In this document: positions 1 through 9,591 of the stretch, in pieces
How the letters are laid out: every line of letters starts with the position of its first letter
Numbering within the stretch: position 1 is the first letter of the stretch
Origin: Telmatocola sphagniphila
GTDB lineage: Bacteria > Planctomycetota > Planctomycetia > Gemmatales > Gemmataceae
Assembly (NCBI RefSeq): GCF_018398935.1
Contig: NZ_CP074694.1
Coordinates: 3,390,001-3,422,000, forward strand
Reading direction: 5' to 3'
DNA: 32,000 nt
Notes under the pieces: generated by a model
The model's database searches: none
What the model was told of the DNA's origin: nothing
What the model saw: only the letters and a program-made list of their open reading frames with translations
Position numbers and translations under genes: made by a program

Positions 1-1094
1 TCAGGCTCCTTCAATTCGCCTAAATGCCGCTGAATGGCTTGCAGACTTTTATTCTTGGAATCGATAGATTTCCAGGCATAAATTCGGAGCAATTCCGATA
101 CGTGATGAATGTTCTCCGCCTCAGCTAGAATCTCGGCTACCTTCAAATTACCTGTCGTCAGCGTACCAGTTTTATCCATGCATAAGACATCGACTTCGGC
201 CATGGACTCCATGGCGTTAAGTCTCTGAATGACGGCCCCTTCCCGGCTGATGCGGAGCGCTCCGAGGGTCAGCATCAAAGTCGCCATTAGTACCAACCCT
301 TGAGGCACCATGGATGTCATGGTCGAAGCGATCATCTGCCAGAGTTCCGTGCTGGGGAAATGGCGAAAATAATCCATCATCAGATAGCTGATGCACAGAA
401 CAATCGCTGTGATAGTAAGCACGCTGATGAGTGAATCGAGCGCTTTTTGAAGGGGTGTAGGCGAGTAACGATATTTTCTCGCTTCCGCGGAAGTCTGATT
501 CGCGAAGGATTCCGCCCCCACATTATCGACGCGATATTCCCCCTCCCCGGCCGCGCAGAAACTCCCGGAGAGTAAACGATCCCCCGACTTGCGCGGAACT
601 GGATCCGATTCCCCGGTTAGCAGAGCTTCGTCGATTTCAAGAAAATCGGAGCGAAGAACCGTTCCATCCGCGACAATGGACTCCCCCGCGCGGAGAAGCA
701 CGCAATCATCCGAGACGATTTCATCCGATTTGATGGTCTGTTCTCGATCCTCCCGCCGAACGCGCACCTGGGGAATTTGCAGAAGCGAGAGTTGATCGAG
801 ATGCCTTTTGGCACGAACTTCTTGAACGAAGCCAGTGAGAGTATTGATCACCGCCACGATACTGACGGCCCAGGCACTACGATACTCCTCCAGAAGGAAG
901 AGAGCTGTCGCGGCCATCAGCACCACGCAGTTGAAGAGGGTCAGAAAATTCCGAAAGAAAATTGCTCGATAATCGGCCCAGTGCGATTCTTGGATGCGAT
1001 TGACCTGCCCTCGCGAGACTCGATCGGCGATCTCGCTCGAACTTAACCCTCGATTTGAAGCAGCACTATCTTGTTCAGTCGATGTCGTAGGCAT
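1..1094 (-). CDS. Cation-transporting P-type ATPase (HAD-IC type), N-terminal ~364 codons; the gene runs off the window start
   Basis: Manual minus-strand translation from the ATG (complement of 1092-1094). An in-frame TGA lies 36 nt upstream with no alternative start between. Sequence: MPTTSTEQDSAASNRGLSSSEIADRVSRGQVN... It contains the actuator motif LLTGESDPV and the phosphorylation motif CMDKTGTLT. It is absent from the ORF track because no stop codon lies in the window. Confidence 0.85.
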   Translation of the reverse strand, partial: MPTTSTEQDSAASNRGLSSSEIADRVSRGQVNRIQESHWADYRAIFFRNFLTLFNCVVLMAATALFLLEEYRSAWAVSIVAVINTLTGFVQEVRAKRHLDQLSLLQIPQVRVRREDREQTIKSDEIVSDDCVLLRAGESIVADGTVLRSDFLEIDEALLTGESDPVPRKSGDRLLSGSFCAAGEGEYRVDNVGAESFANQTSAEARKYRYSPTPLQKALDSLISVLTITAIVLCISYLMMDYFRHFPSTELWQMIASTMTSMVPQGLVLMATLMLTLGALRISREGAVIQRLNAMESMAEVDVLCMDKTGTLTTGNLKVAEILAEAENIHHVSELLRIYAWKSIDSKNKSLQAIQRHLGELKEP

Positions 1095-1135
1095 ATTTGG
1101 GCGATCCTGATTAGGGCAATTACTGCAATTTCAAT

Positions 1136-2587
1136 CTAGAGGTAAGGCGTTAACAGCGCGGCAATCCCATCCCTTAACCGGATGGGCAAGCTCCGGGATT
1201 GAATATCCGCTAAGGTTAAAGGACGAGCTTGAGCTTGTTTCCCCTCTAAAATTTGGCTAAGTTCTTTAGCCAGTTCGAGGCTGTAACATTCCAGATTGAA
1301 TTCGAAATTGAGACGGAGGCTGCGAGGATCCCAGTTGGCAGATCCGAAAAAGGTCCAGGCTTCATCGACTAAAACCAATTTGGAATGATCGAACGGCTCC
1401 GCCGTCAGCCAGACTTTTCCACCATGTTCCAGAAGTTCCGCCAAAGGCATCATCGATGCCCATTGCACCAATCGCATATTATTTCGAATCGGTACGAAAA
1501 GGTCGACTTGTACACCGCGAAGTGCGGCTGCATTCAAGGCGTCTATCAAACCGGCATCCGGCAGATAATACGGCGTGATGATTCGAATCCGTTCCCGCGC
1601 ACAGGTAACGGCCCCCAGGTAGATCATTCGCAATTTATCGAGGTCGGCGTCCGGACCACTAGTGACGCCGCGCACTAGCATTGGACCTCGTTCCTGAAGC
1701 ACCGGAAACCAGAGATCTTCGTCGAGAGATTCGCCGGTACTGAAGAGCCAATCGTCCGCAAACGCTTCCTGGAGTCGGCCGACTATGGGACCTTCAATTC
1801 GGAAATGAATGTCCTGGACTGGTTCTTTGGGACGATAGATCGAATTGTTCTGAGCACTGATGTTCATGCCGCCCGTGAAGCCGATCTGACCATCGACGAC
1901 CAGAATCTTACGGTGACTTCGCATATTCGCGTAGTTGAATTGCCAGGGCCAAAACGATGGCAAAAACTCCGCGTGCGGAATCTGGGCTTTATGCAAGACG
2001 TTGATAATAGTCTTGGGCCAGGAATAATGGGCACCGATGCCATCCACCAGCACTCGGACGGCAACGCCCCGGTCGATTGCTTTGCGCAGGGCATCGATAA
2101 AAAGTAACCCGGCGACATCATTAGCGAAAATGTAGCTGCTCAGAGAGACGCAGCGATTGGATTTTTCGATGGCGGAAAGCATTTCCGGATATCCCTGTAC
2201 GCCATCGATCAAAGGACGAATCTGATTGCCCGTGTAGAGGTGCTGTCCCGTTACAGCTGCGGTGTATCGAACCAGCGATCCGAGATGTTCCTTCTCCACG
2301 AGCACTGGTTGAGCGATTGCCACTTCACCGGTTTTATGAGGAGCCACGAATCGCTTGCGTGGGATATGATTGCGGCGCAGTTGAAAAGCCCGCCGATGCA
2401 CCCGATTAATTCCCAGAACAAAGTAGACGAGTGAGCCGAAAACCGGAGTGAGCCAGATAACGCCCACCCAGGCAATTGCCGAGCGGGAATTCTTCTGAGT
2501 TAAAACGACGTGGCCAGAAGCGTATACGTTGCAGACCAGCACGATCGGCGTGATTATCCAATACCAGTGAGTCTGCAGGAATTCCAT
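1136..2587 (-). CDS. cls: Cardiolipin synthase (phospholipase D superfamily)
   Basis: 483-aa ORF. It has two N-terminal hydrophobic helices followed by two HKD motifs (RSHRKILVVDG...GGMN and HSKLVLVDEAWTFFGSANWDPRS). Length and architecture are typical of bacterial Cls. Confidence 0.9.
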   Translation of the reverse strand: MEFLQTHWYWIITPIVLVCNVYASGHVVLTQKNSRSAIAWVGVIWLTPVFGSLVYFVLGINRVHRRAFQLRRNHIPRKRFVAPHKTGEVAIAQPVLVEKEHLGSLVRYTAAVTGQHLYTGNQIRPLIDGVQGYPEMLSAIEKSNRCVSLSSYIFANDVAGLLFIDALRKAIDRGVAVRVLVDGIGAHYSWPKTIINVLHKAQIPHAEFLPSFWPWQFNYANMRSHRKILVVDGQIGFTGGMNISAQNNSIYRPKEPVQDIHFRIEGPIVGRLQEAFADDWLFSTGESLDEDLWFPVLQERGPMLVRGVTSGPDADLDKLRMIYLGAVTCARERIRIITPYYLPDAGLIDALNAAALRGVQVDLFVPIRNNMRLVQWASMMPLAELLEHGGKVWLTAEPFDHSKLVLVDEAWTFFGSANWDPRSLRLNFEFNLECYSLELAKELSQILEGKQAQARPLTLADIQSRSLPIRLRDGIAALLTPYL

Positions 2588-2676
2588 CCGATGCTCTTTA
2601 GGGATTCGGGAAAATCAACTTACCCGTGTGGGCACACCGTTACATCAGCAGGTAGTTCGCCCAGCCGGTGGAGTCC

Positions 2677-4308
2677 TTAAATCTTTTCTTTTAGCTTTTG
2701 GTAGCGTGCAATCAGTGAATTCGTTGAAGAATCGTGCATCGGTTCCGATTTATTTTCCAGCTCCGCAAGAATTTTCTGGGCCAGAACTTTACCCAGTTCC
2801 ACACCCCACTGATCGAACGAGTCGATCTGCCAGATGACTCCTTGAGTGAATACGATGTGCTCGTAGAGAGCAATCAGCTTCCCGAGCGAGTTGGGCGTCA
2901 GCCGTTCGAGAAGCAGGACATTGGTCGGACGATTTCCTTCAAATGTCCGATGGGGTACCAACCACTCCGGCGTCCCTTCAGCTTTCACTTGCTCGGATGT
3001 TTTACCGAAGGCGAGCGCTTCGGCCTGAGCCAGAGTATTCGCCAAAAGCATATCGCGATGACGTCCCAGCGGATTCAGAGCTTGCGCGAAGGCGATAATG
3101 TCGCACGGGATCAGCTTGGTTCCCTGATGAATCAGCTGGTAGAAGGAATGTTGGCCATTGGTCCCTGGTTCCCCCCAATAAATCGGCCCGGTCTCGTAAT
3201 CCACGGGCTTACCGCTGAGAGTGATGCTCTTGCCGTTACTTTCCATGGTCAACTGCTGCAGGTAAGCGGGGAAACGTTTCAAATACTGCTCGTAGGGCAG
3301 AACCGCAACAGTCTGTGCCCGGAAGAAGCAGTTGTACCAGACCCCCAGAAGTCCCATCAGAACGGGCATATTCTGCTCGAACGGAGTAGTTCGAAAATGT
3401 TCGTCCATTTCGTGAAAGCCGGCGAGCATATCGCGAAAACTGTCGGGTCCAATAGCGATCATGGTCGACAGCCCAATCGCCGAATCCATCGAATACCGTC
3501 CGCCGACCCAGTCCCAGAAGCCAAACATATTTGCAGTATCGATGCCGAATGCGGAGACTTTTTCCGCATTGGTGGAGACGGCCACGAAATGTTTTGCAAT
3601 CGCAACAGGATCCTTCAACTTCCGCAGAGCCCATTCCCGCGCCGTGTGGGCATTGGTCATGGTTTCCTGAGTGGTGAAGGTCTTCGAAGAGATGATAAAA
3701 AGCGTCTCTTCCGGTTCCAGATCCCGGGTCGCTTCGACGAAGTCGGTCCCGTCAATGTTGGAGACGAACCGAAAAATGAGATTTCGCTGGCTGAAATGGC
3801 GAAGTGCCTCGTAAGCCATCACCGGCCCGAGATCAGAGCCGCCTATCCCGACATTGACAATGTTCCGGATGGCCTTACCGGTATGGCCTAACCAGCTGCC
3901 GCCACGGATCTTTTCCGCAAATACCGACATCTTGTCAAGAACGGCATGCACTTGCGGCACGACGTCTTCGCCATCCACGATAATCGATTTCCCACGGGGA
4001 GTACGCAGAGCGATGTGCAAAACAGCCCGATTTTCGGTTATGTTAATTTTCTCGCCGGCAAACATGCCATCGATGCGTTCTCGCAAGTGAGATTCTCGCG
4101 CGAGCTGGAAGAGAAGTTTCAGCGTTTCATCCGTGATGCGATTTTTCGAGTAATCGAAATAGATACCGAGACAATCCAGCACCAGCCGGGTCCCACGTTG
4201 AGCATCCTGGGCGAATAAATCTCTCAAATGGACCTTCTGGACTTTCGCAAAATGGCTTTCGAGGGCACGCCAGGCGGGCAGGCTAGTTAAAGGGGATGTA
4301 TTCGACAT
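2677..4308 (-). CDS. pgi: Glucose-6-phosphate isomerase
   Basis: 543-aa ORF with full-length PGI-family sequence ([11 protein letters not shown]..., [51 protein letters not shown]). Confidence 0.95.
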   Translation of the reverse strand: MSNTSPLTSLPAWRALESHFAKVQKVHLRDLFAQDAQRGTRLVLDCLGIYFDYSKNRITDETLKLLFQLARESHLRERIDGMFAGEKINITENRAVLHIALRTPRGKSIIVDGEDVVPQVHAVLDKMSVFAEKIRGGSWLGHTGKAIRNIVNVGIGGSDLGPVMAYEALRHFSQRNLIFRFVSNIDGTDFVEATRDLEPEETLFIISSKTFTTQETMTNAHTAREWALRKLKDPVAIAKHFVAVSTNAEKVSAFGIDTANMFGFWDWVGGRYSMDSAIGLSTMIAIGPDSFRDMLAGFHEMDEHFRTTPFEQNMPVLMGLLGVWYNCFFRAQTVAVLPYEQYLKRFPAYLQQLTMESNGKSITLSGKPVDYETGPIYWGEPGTNGQHSFYQLIHQGTKLIPCDIIAFAQALNPLGRHRDMLLANTLAQAEALAFGKTSEQVKAEGTPEWLVPHRTFEGNRPTNVLLLERLTPNSLGKLIALYEHIVFTQGVIWQIDSFDQWGVELGKVLAQKILAELENKSEPMHDSSTNSLIARYQKLKEKI

Positions 4309-4487
4309 CGTATTTCTCTTGGCCGGTGTTTGTTACAGCGGGATGGATTCCGGGATCTCGTTCGCTCTTCTTGGCAAAACAAGGAACTTGCAAAACCCGC
4401 AGGATCCGACGCTATTCAGTTTAAGGACTACCCGATCAATTTCTTCAGCGAGTTTGCGAATCTCGTCGATTATTCCATTCACTCAAT

Positions 4488-7400
4488 CTAAATAATTTGA
4501 ACTTCCGGATCGCGAGCTTTACCATTTCGTCCTGTGATCAGCTTGAGCAAAGTCTGAGGGTCGACCGGTTTCACCAGATGATGGTCGAAACCGGCGGCAT
4601 ACGATTTAGCGCGATCCGATTCCTTTCCCCAACCGGTGCACGCGATCAGTATGACATTTTTGCCCCAGGGCATATTGCGAATTCGTCGGCAGACTTCGTA
4701 GCCGTTCAAATTGGGGAGGCCGATATCGAGAAGCACAACTTCCGGGCAGTACTTCTCGGCCAATTCGATCCCCTGCTGCCCGTCGTAGGCCGTGAGGATT
4801 TCATTTCCCATGAATTGCAGCATCATACCCAGGGAATCGGCACTGTCTCGGTTGTCGTCCACAATCAGGATACGAAGTGGAGGTTGCCCCGATTTCAGAT
4901 CCTCACCCACGGGAACGTTCGCAGTTAAACTCTCCTGCAACACCGGCAATCGAACCACAAATTCAGAGCCTTTTCCAACGCCGTCACTTAAGGCTCTGAC
5001 CGACCCCCCGTGCATCTCGACGAAACTTCGTACCAGTGTCAAACCGATTCCCAAGCCACCTTGAGCTTTCTCCAGAGAGCGATCCACCTGGGTGAATAAT
5101 TCGAATATACTGTGCAATTTGTCAGAAGCGATACCGATACCTTCATCTTTGACGATGACCTGCACTTCGCGATCGACTAAGGAAGCCGTCAACCAGATTT
5201 GCTTTCCATAATCCATATACTTCGCAGCATTGTTCAGCAGATTCATGAAAACCTGCGTGAGTCGGACCTGATCGGCCTCCACGAAAATGGGAGTTGAGGG
5301 GAGATTCATGGTGAGCCGATGGCCCATCTCATCTATCAAGGGCCGGCTACTTTCGACGGCTCCTTCAAGAATCGTCCCCAAAGACAACCGGCTGCGTCGG
5401 AGATCGATCTTACCGCGAGTGATGCGACTGACATCCATGAGATCATCGACGAGTCGCACCATCTGATTCAACTGACGCTCCATCATTTTGCGAGCTAATT
5501 CAATGGTCTCCGCATTCCCCCCGGACAGACGAATCACCTGAAGGCCATTCCGGATCGGCGCAAGTGGATTTCGTAATTCGTGAGCCAAGGTTGCCAGAAA
5601 CTCATCTTTGCGAGCATTCGCTTCCGAAAGACTGGCTGCCATCTGGCGCAGGGCATTCTCCATTTCCTTGCGTTCGGTAATATCCGCCACCGTGCCATCT
5701 AAACTGGCAAAACGCTGGTTAGACCCATCCACCACGAAATTTACACGTCCCTTGCCCAAGACCCAGCGAATCATCTGGGAATCGGAATGCACGACTCGAT
5801 ATTCCTGCGAATAGGGTTTGGGATCGTCCGGCTGATGCGCCTCGATTACCGCCTGACGTACTCGCTCCCTATCCTCGGGATGAACCAGAGCGAACGCCTG
5901 ATCGTAATTCAGCGGCCCCGGCTTGCCATTGAAAATCATCTGAAATCGTTCATCCGCGATAAGAGTGTTATTATCCAGATCGATATGCCAGGCTCCCAGT
6001 TCTGCGGAATCGAGAGCCAGACGGCGTTTCACCTCGCTGACACGTAATTTCTCCTCAAATTCCTTCCGCTCGGTGATATCGACAATCACACTCACACCCA
6101 AAGCGATTTTGTCATCCGCATCCTTGAGTAGCGAACCGGACTGACTGACCCAGGCAATGGAACCATCTTTGCGAATGAAGCGTTTTTCAAGTGTATAAGA
6201 GGGAATCTCTCCGATACGAACTCGTTGAACCAGTTTTAAATCCGCTTCCAGATCGCTCGGATGGGTAAGCTCCTGCCAGGACTGCTGAAGCAACTCTAGT
6301 AGTTCGTAGCCGACTATCTCACAATATTTCCGGTTCGCGTAGATATATCGGCCATCGGGACTGCTGTTACAGACCCCTACCGCGGCATTCTCGACTGTCG
6401 CACGATATCTTTCATCGCTGAGTCTCAAAGCTTCCTCGGCGCGACGTTGCTCGGTCACGTCCGTATTCATTCCCACCCATTCCCGAATCTCCCCGTCGGT
6501 ATCGAGAACCGGCACACCGCGAACCGCCGTCCAACGATAGGAGCCATCCCGGGAACGGAGTCGATATTCCGTATGGAAGGTGTTTTTGCTGGATACTGCC
6601 TGAGACCAGACGGAGCGAGCCTTCAGGCGATCTTCGGGATGAATCGCGTTCATCCAACCTCGGCCGCGCCATTCTTCCTCTTTCTGGCCGGTGAATTCCA
6701 TCCAGGAAATGGAATTTTCAAAGGCTTCCCCACGGGCGTTGGTCGTCCAGACAATTTGAGACGATGCCGTCACTAGAGAGCGGAATCTTTCCTCGGCACG
6801 TTTCTGCTCGGTGATATCCGTATTAGTGCCGAACCACCGGGAGACTTCCCCGTTATCGTCTTTGATGCATTCCACCCGAGTCAGGAAGGTTCGAAAGACA
6901 CCATCATTTCTCCTCAGGGGAAAGGTCATCTCGAAGGCTTCCCCTTTTTCGATCGCGGTTTTCCAGTTTTCGAGAATCGTGGGTAAATAATTCTGATCGT
7001 GAACGCTTTGCCAGCCCCAACCTTCCATTTCTTCCGGGGTCGAACCTGTAAAATCGTACCAGCGTCGGTTGTACCAGAAGATATGTCCGTCTTTTCTGGC
7101 CATCCATGCCAGTTGCGGTATCGACTCGGCGAGCGTCTTAAATTGCCGTTCCTGCTCCTTTAAGGCGGCGGCTTGTTTTTTCTGCTCGGTGATGTCCCGG
7201 ATAATTTTGGAAGCCCCGACGAGTTCTCCGGTAGATTCCTTCATGGGAGAGAGGGTTACCGAAACCGGAAAGAGTTCGCCACTACGGCGTTTACGAATAC
7301 TTTCGTAATGCTCCACCTGTTCACCGGAGCGTATCCGTTCGATAAGGTGCTTCTCGTCATCAGACTGCGTTCTGGGAACGATGAGCGAAATATTCTGACC

Positions 7401-7940
7401 GAGAGCTTCGGCCGATGAAAAACCGAACATCCGCTCGGCGGCCGTATTCCAGCTCAGGATGGTACCTTCGTTGGACATACTGACGATCGCGTCGCTGGAG
7501 GAATCGACGATCGAGGCCAATAAGGTGGTAGCCGCGGCGGCTTCCGCGAGTTTGCTCGTTCTCTCTACAACTCGCCGTTCGAGTTCCGCGTTCGCATTTT
7601 GAAGTTGGTCTTCCGCTTGTTTGCGTGCTTCAATTTCTCGTTCAAGTTCTTCCGGCAAGCGCATGGCCAATGCGAGCGGTGCGACCCGAACCAGTGCCAG
7701 AACCGTAACCCAGGAGACGATGGCCGTTATCAATTTGATAGTGCCGCTTAATCGATAGGCGGGCCACCAGAACATCAGAGCGTCCATTAAGTGCGTGGTG
7801 CCGCAAAGCAGAATGAAGGCGACGAAAAGTGCGAAAACTCTTCGGAAAGGAAGGTCGCGGCGGCGCAGGATCAAGTGAGCGAGAAAAAGCGGAATGGCGA
7901 AGTAGGCCGACCATATTCCAAGGTCGGAAAGAATGTGCAA
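4488..7940 (-). CDS. Hybrid sensor histidine kinase: 3-TM ethylene-binding-domain-like N-terminus, coiled coil, about five PAS domains, HisKA + HATPase_c, C-terminal receiver
   Basis: 1150-aa ORF. N-terminus is HILSDLGIWSAYFAIPL...FILLCGTTHL (three predicted TM helices). PAS/PAC signatures recur (e.g. GTNTDITEQKRAEE, GMNTDVTEQRRAEE, VIVDITERKEFEE, VADITERKEMEN). The H-box is FLATLAHELRNPLAPI, with N/G boxes after it. The receiver reads LRILIVDDN...VVLLDIGLPNLNGYEV...LVKPVD. Confidence 0.9.
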   Translation of the reverse strand: MHILSDLGIWSAYFAIPLFLAHLILRRRDLPFRRVFALFVAFILLCGTTHLMDALMFWWPAYRLSGTIKLITAIVSWVTVLALVRVAPLALAMRLPEELEREIEARKQAEDQLQNANAELERRVVERTSKLAEAAAATTLLASIVDSSSDAIVSMSNEGTILSWNTAAERMFGFSSAEALGQNISLIVPRTQSDDEKHLIERIRSGEQVEHYESIRKRRSGELFPVSVTLSPMKESTGELVGASKIIRDITEQKKQAAALKEQERQFKTLAESIPQLAWMARKDGHIFWYNRRWYDFTGSTPEEMEGWGWQSVHDQNYLPTILENWKTAIEKGEAFEMTFPLRRNDGVFRTFLTRVECIKDDNGEVSRWFGTNTDITEQKRAEERFRSLVTASSQIVWTTNARGEAFENSISWMEFTGQKEEEWRGRGWMNAIHPEDRLKARSVWSQAVSSKNTFHTEYRLRSRDGSYRWTAVRGVPVLDTDGEIREWVGMNTDVTEQRRAEEALRLSDERYRATVENAAVGVCNSSPDGRYIYANRKYCEIVGYELLELLQQSWQELTHPSDLEADLKLVQRVRIGEIPSYTLEKRFIRKDGSIAWVSQSGSLLKDADDKIALGVSVIVDITERKEFEEKLRVSEVKRRLALDSAELGAWHIDLDNNTLIADERFQMIFNGKPGPLNYDQAFALVHPEDRERVRQAVIEAHQPDDPKPYSQEYRVVHSDSQMIRWVLGKGRVNFVVDGSNQRFASLDGTVADITERKEMENALRQMAASLSEANARKDEFLATLAHELRNPLAPIRNGLQVIRLSGGNAETIELARKMMERQLNQMVRLVDDLMDVSRITRGKIDLRRSRLSLGTILEGAVESSRPLIDEMGHRLTMNLPSTPIFVEADQVRLTQVFMNLLNNAAKYMDYGKQIWLTASLVDREVQVIVKDEGIGIASDKLHSIFELFTQVDRSLEKAQGGLGIGLTLVRSFVEMHGGSVRALSDGVGKGSEFVVRLPVLQESLTANVPVGEDLKSGQPPLRILIVDDNRDSADSLGMMLQFMGNEILTAYDGQQGIELAEKYCPEVVLLDIGLPNLNGYEVCRRIRNMPWGKNVILIACTGWGKESDRAKSYAAGFDHHLVKPVDPQTLLKLITGRNGKARDPEVQII

Positions 7941-8445
7941 CCAGCCATGTCCGGAAGACCAGAGCCCACAACTCCAACGCGGGGGAAACCCATTGGTGTT
8001 GAATAAATTTTCAATGAATTCGATGGCTATTTCCCAGCAAAAGGTCTACGAGTTCACGTGGAGCAACGGCGTTTTAATCCGTTGCTCCAGACCTGAGCCG
8101 TCAGCGCTATGGCTCTAATGCCATAGTGATTAAGGCCACTTTGCGAGTCATACGGGATTTACCCCGCTCCAATGCATCTTTTAGGACTACGCATTCTCAA
8201 TTTAATTTCACTCAATGCATAAAGGAAGCGTATTTCCCTGATAATCGGGCAATTCGATTTTACCGGGCGATCAAAATTGTCTTCTGCAATCGCAATCTAT
8301 CAGCATTTATGACGACAAAATGGAGGAGGAATGCAATCCGAGAGTCTATTTACTAGCGGGCGGGTAATGGATTTTGATTTGGAGGTTTCATCGTCTCGGC
8401 GACCATCATCGACTAGGCATCGAGAAAGTTGAAAGAAAAAGATAC

Positions 8446-8518
8446 TGGGCCCGCTCGGATTCGAACCGAGAACCAAGGGATTATGAGTCCCCTGCTCTGA
8501 CCGTTGAGCTACGGGCCC
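8446..8518 (-). tRNA. tRNA with anticodon CAT. It reads as Met by anticodon, but body features resemble the lysidine-modified tRNA-Ile2. CCA is not encoded.
   Basis: The reverse complement reads GGGCCCG TA GCTC AACGGTC GAGC A GGGGA CTCATAA TCCCT TGGTT CTCGG TTCGAAT CCGAG CGGGCCC A. This folds as a clean 73-nt cloverleaf with a 7-bp acceptor stem, T-loop TTCGAAT and discriminator A73. The G1-C72 pair argues against an initiator tRNA. Confidence 0.85.
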
Positions 8519-8698
8519 GTCATCTTCATCATAAGAAGTCAATTATCCTATGGAAATGGTTCGCCCCGTCCGGTTTCGATTGAACCCCATGCTTCCACGA
8601 CATAAGATTATCCGTCAGGCAAAATTCCAAAAAATCTGCTCCCAGATACAGGAATCATCGCCTGTGCATGAGAATGTTTTGAAAGGGGTTCTCTTACC

Positions 8699-9034
8699 GT
8701 GCAAATTAAAATCTCCGCCCGCCATGGCCATCTGAGTGCTGATCATCAGAAGCACATCCACGATAAAGCCGAAAAGCTTCTGCATTATTTCGATCGCATT
8801 TCCATGATTGAAGTGACTGTCGATGTGCCCGAGCACGGCCTGAAGAAAGTCGAGTTTCTGGTCAACGCCGAACACAAACACGATCTGGTTGCCCACGAAA
8901 GCAATGCCGATTTGTTCACCGCACTCGATCTGGCACTTGATAAAATCAAACAGCAGATCCACAAGTACAAAGAAAAGATCCAGGACCATCGTCGCGACGC
9001 TTCCCTCAGCGATGCCACGGCTGTCAAAAAATAA
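8699..9034 (+). CDS. hpf: Ribosome hibernation promoting factor / RaiA family (short HPF)
   Basis: 111-aa ORF with a GTG start and GAAAGGGG about 10 nt upstream. Sequence MQIKISARHGHLSADHQKHIHDKAEKLLHYFDRI...DLFTALDLALDKIKQQIHKYKEK matches the S30AE/sigma-54-modulation-protein pattern. It sits directly upstream of ptsN, as in many bacteria. Confidence 0.85.
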   Translation: MQIKISARHGHLSADHQKHIHDKAEKLLHYFDRISMIEVTVDVPEHGLKKVEFLVNAEHKHDLVAHESNADLFTALDLALDKIKQQIHKYKEKIQDHRRDASLSDATAVKK

Positions 9035-9124
9035 ACGAGGAGCCCTCCGCCCGGCGGAGGCGATTTTGATGCTCGGAACTTGCCCTGTCCGATCCCTCTG
9101 TATTTCCGCTTTGGAGCAATCATA

Positions 9125-9583
9125 ATGCGGATGTCGAGTTTTATCGTTAAAGACGCCATCGTTCCCCGGCTCAAAGAAGCTAACAAGGAAGGCGTTCTGC
9201 GCGAAATGGTGTCCAGCCTCGTCAAAGCCGGCCAGATCCGCGAAGAAGAAATTCCCGAAATTGTTTCGGGTGTGATGCGGCGGGAAGCCCTGGGCTCCAC
9301 AGGTATTGGAAGACATATCGCCATTCCCCACTCCAAACACGTGGGTGTCACCCAGCTGATCGGCACGCTGGCGATCTCCCAGATCGGGATTCCGTTCGAA
9401 AGCATCGACGGCGAACCGGTCTACGTACTCGTACTTCTGATCTCTCCTCCAAACAAACCCGGGGAACACCTCCGGGCTCTGGAATGCGTCGTACGGCCCA
9501 TGAAAGAAGACAAATTCGTCGACGAACTTCGCAACGCGAAAAGCATCGAGGAAATTTGGGCGATCATCGATCGAGGAAATTAA
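9125..9583 (+). CDS. ptsN: PTS EIIA-Ntr type regulatory protein (PtsN)
   Basis: MRMSSFIVKDAIVPRLKEANKEGVLREMV...GSTGIGRHIAIPHSKH...VYVLVLLISP. This is the EIIA(Fru/Ntr) fold signature with the phosphorylatable His in IAIPH. I prefer the ATG at 9125 (GGAG upstream) to the TTG at 9080 used by the ORF track. Confidence 0.85.
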   Translation: MRMSSFIVKDAIVPRLKEANKEGVLREMVSSLVKAGQIREEEIPEIVSGVMRREALGSTGIGRHIAIPHSKHVGVTQLIGTLAISQIGIPFESIDGEPVYVLVLLISPPNKPGEHLRALECVVRPMKEDKFVDELRNAKSIEEIWAIIDRGN

Positions 9584-9591
9584 CCAGGCCC

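Noticed and set aside
2734-3891. 385-aa ORF on the plus strand
   Set aside because: It is entirely antisense to the strongly supported pgi gene. The sequence is Arg/Ser/Gly/Pro-rich with no recognisable motifs. It is a typical shadow ORF of a codon-biased gene.
8126-8356. 76-aa plus-strand ORF in the tRNA-kinase spacer
   Set aside because: It lies in an AT-richer region, has an atypical composition (many F/N/I/R) compared with neighbouring genes, no SD sequence and no motifs. I treat it as non-coding.
8519-8698. Search for a sigma-54 (GG-N10-GC) promoter upstream of hpf, and for a tRNA promoter
   Set aside because: No TGGCAC-N5-TTGC-like element was found. On the minus strand, TATGAT with a weak TTTCCA at 17-nt spacing sits just upstream of the tRNA, but the match is too weak to report as a feature.
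8615-9469. 284-aa and 206-aa ORFs on the minus strand
   Set aside because: They are antisense to hpf and ptsN, both of which have clear family signatures. No motifs of their own.
9484-9591. 5' extension of the HPr ORF
   Set aside because: It would overlap the last 100 nt of ptsN. The ATG at 9592 lies just after the ptsN stop.
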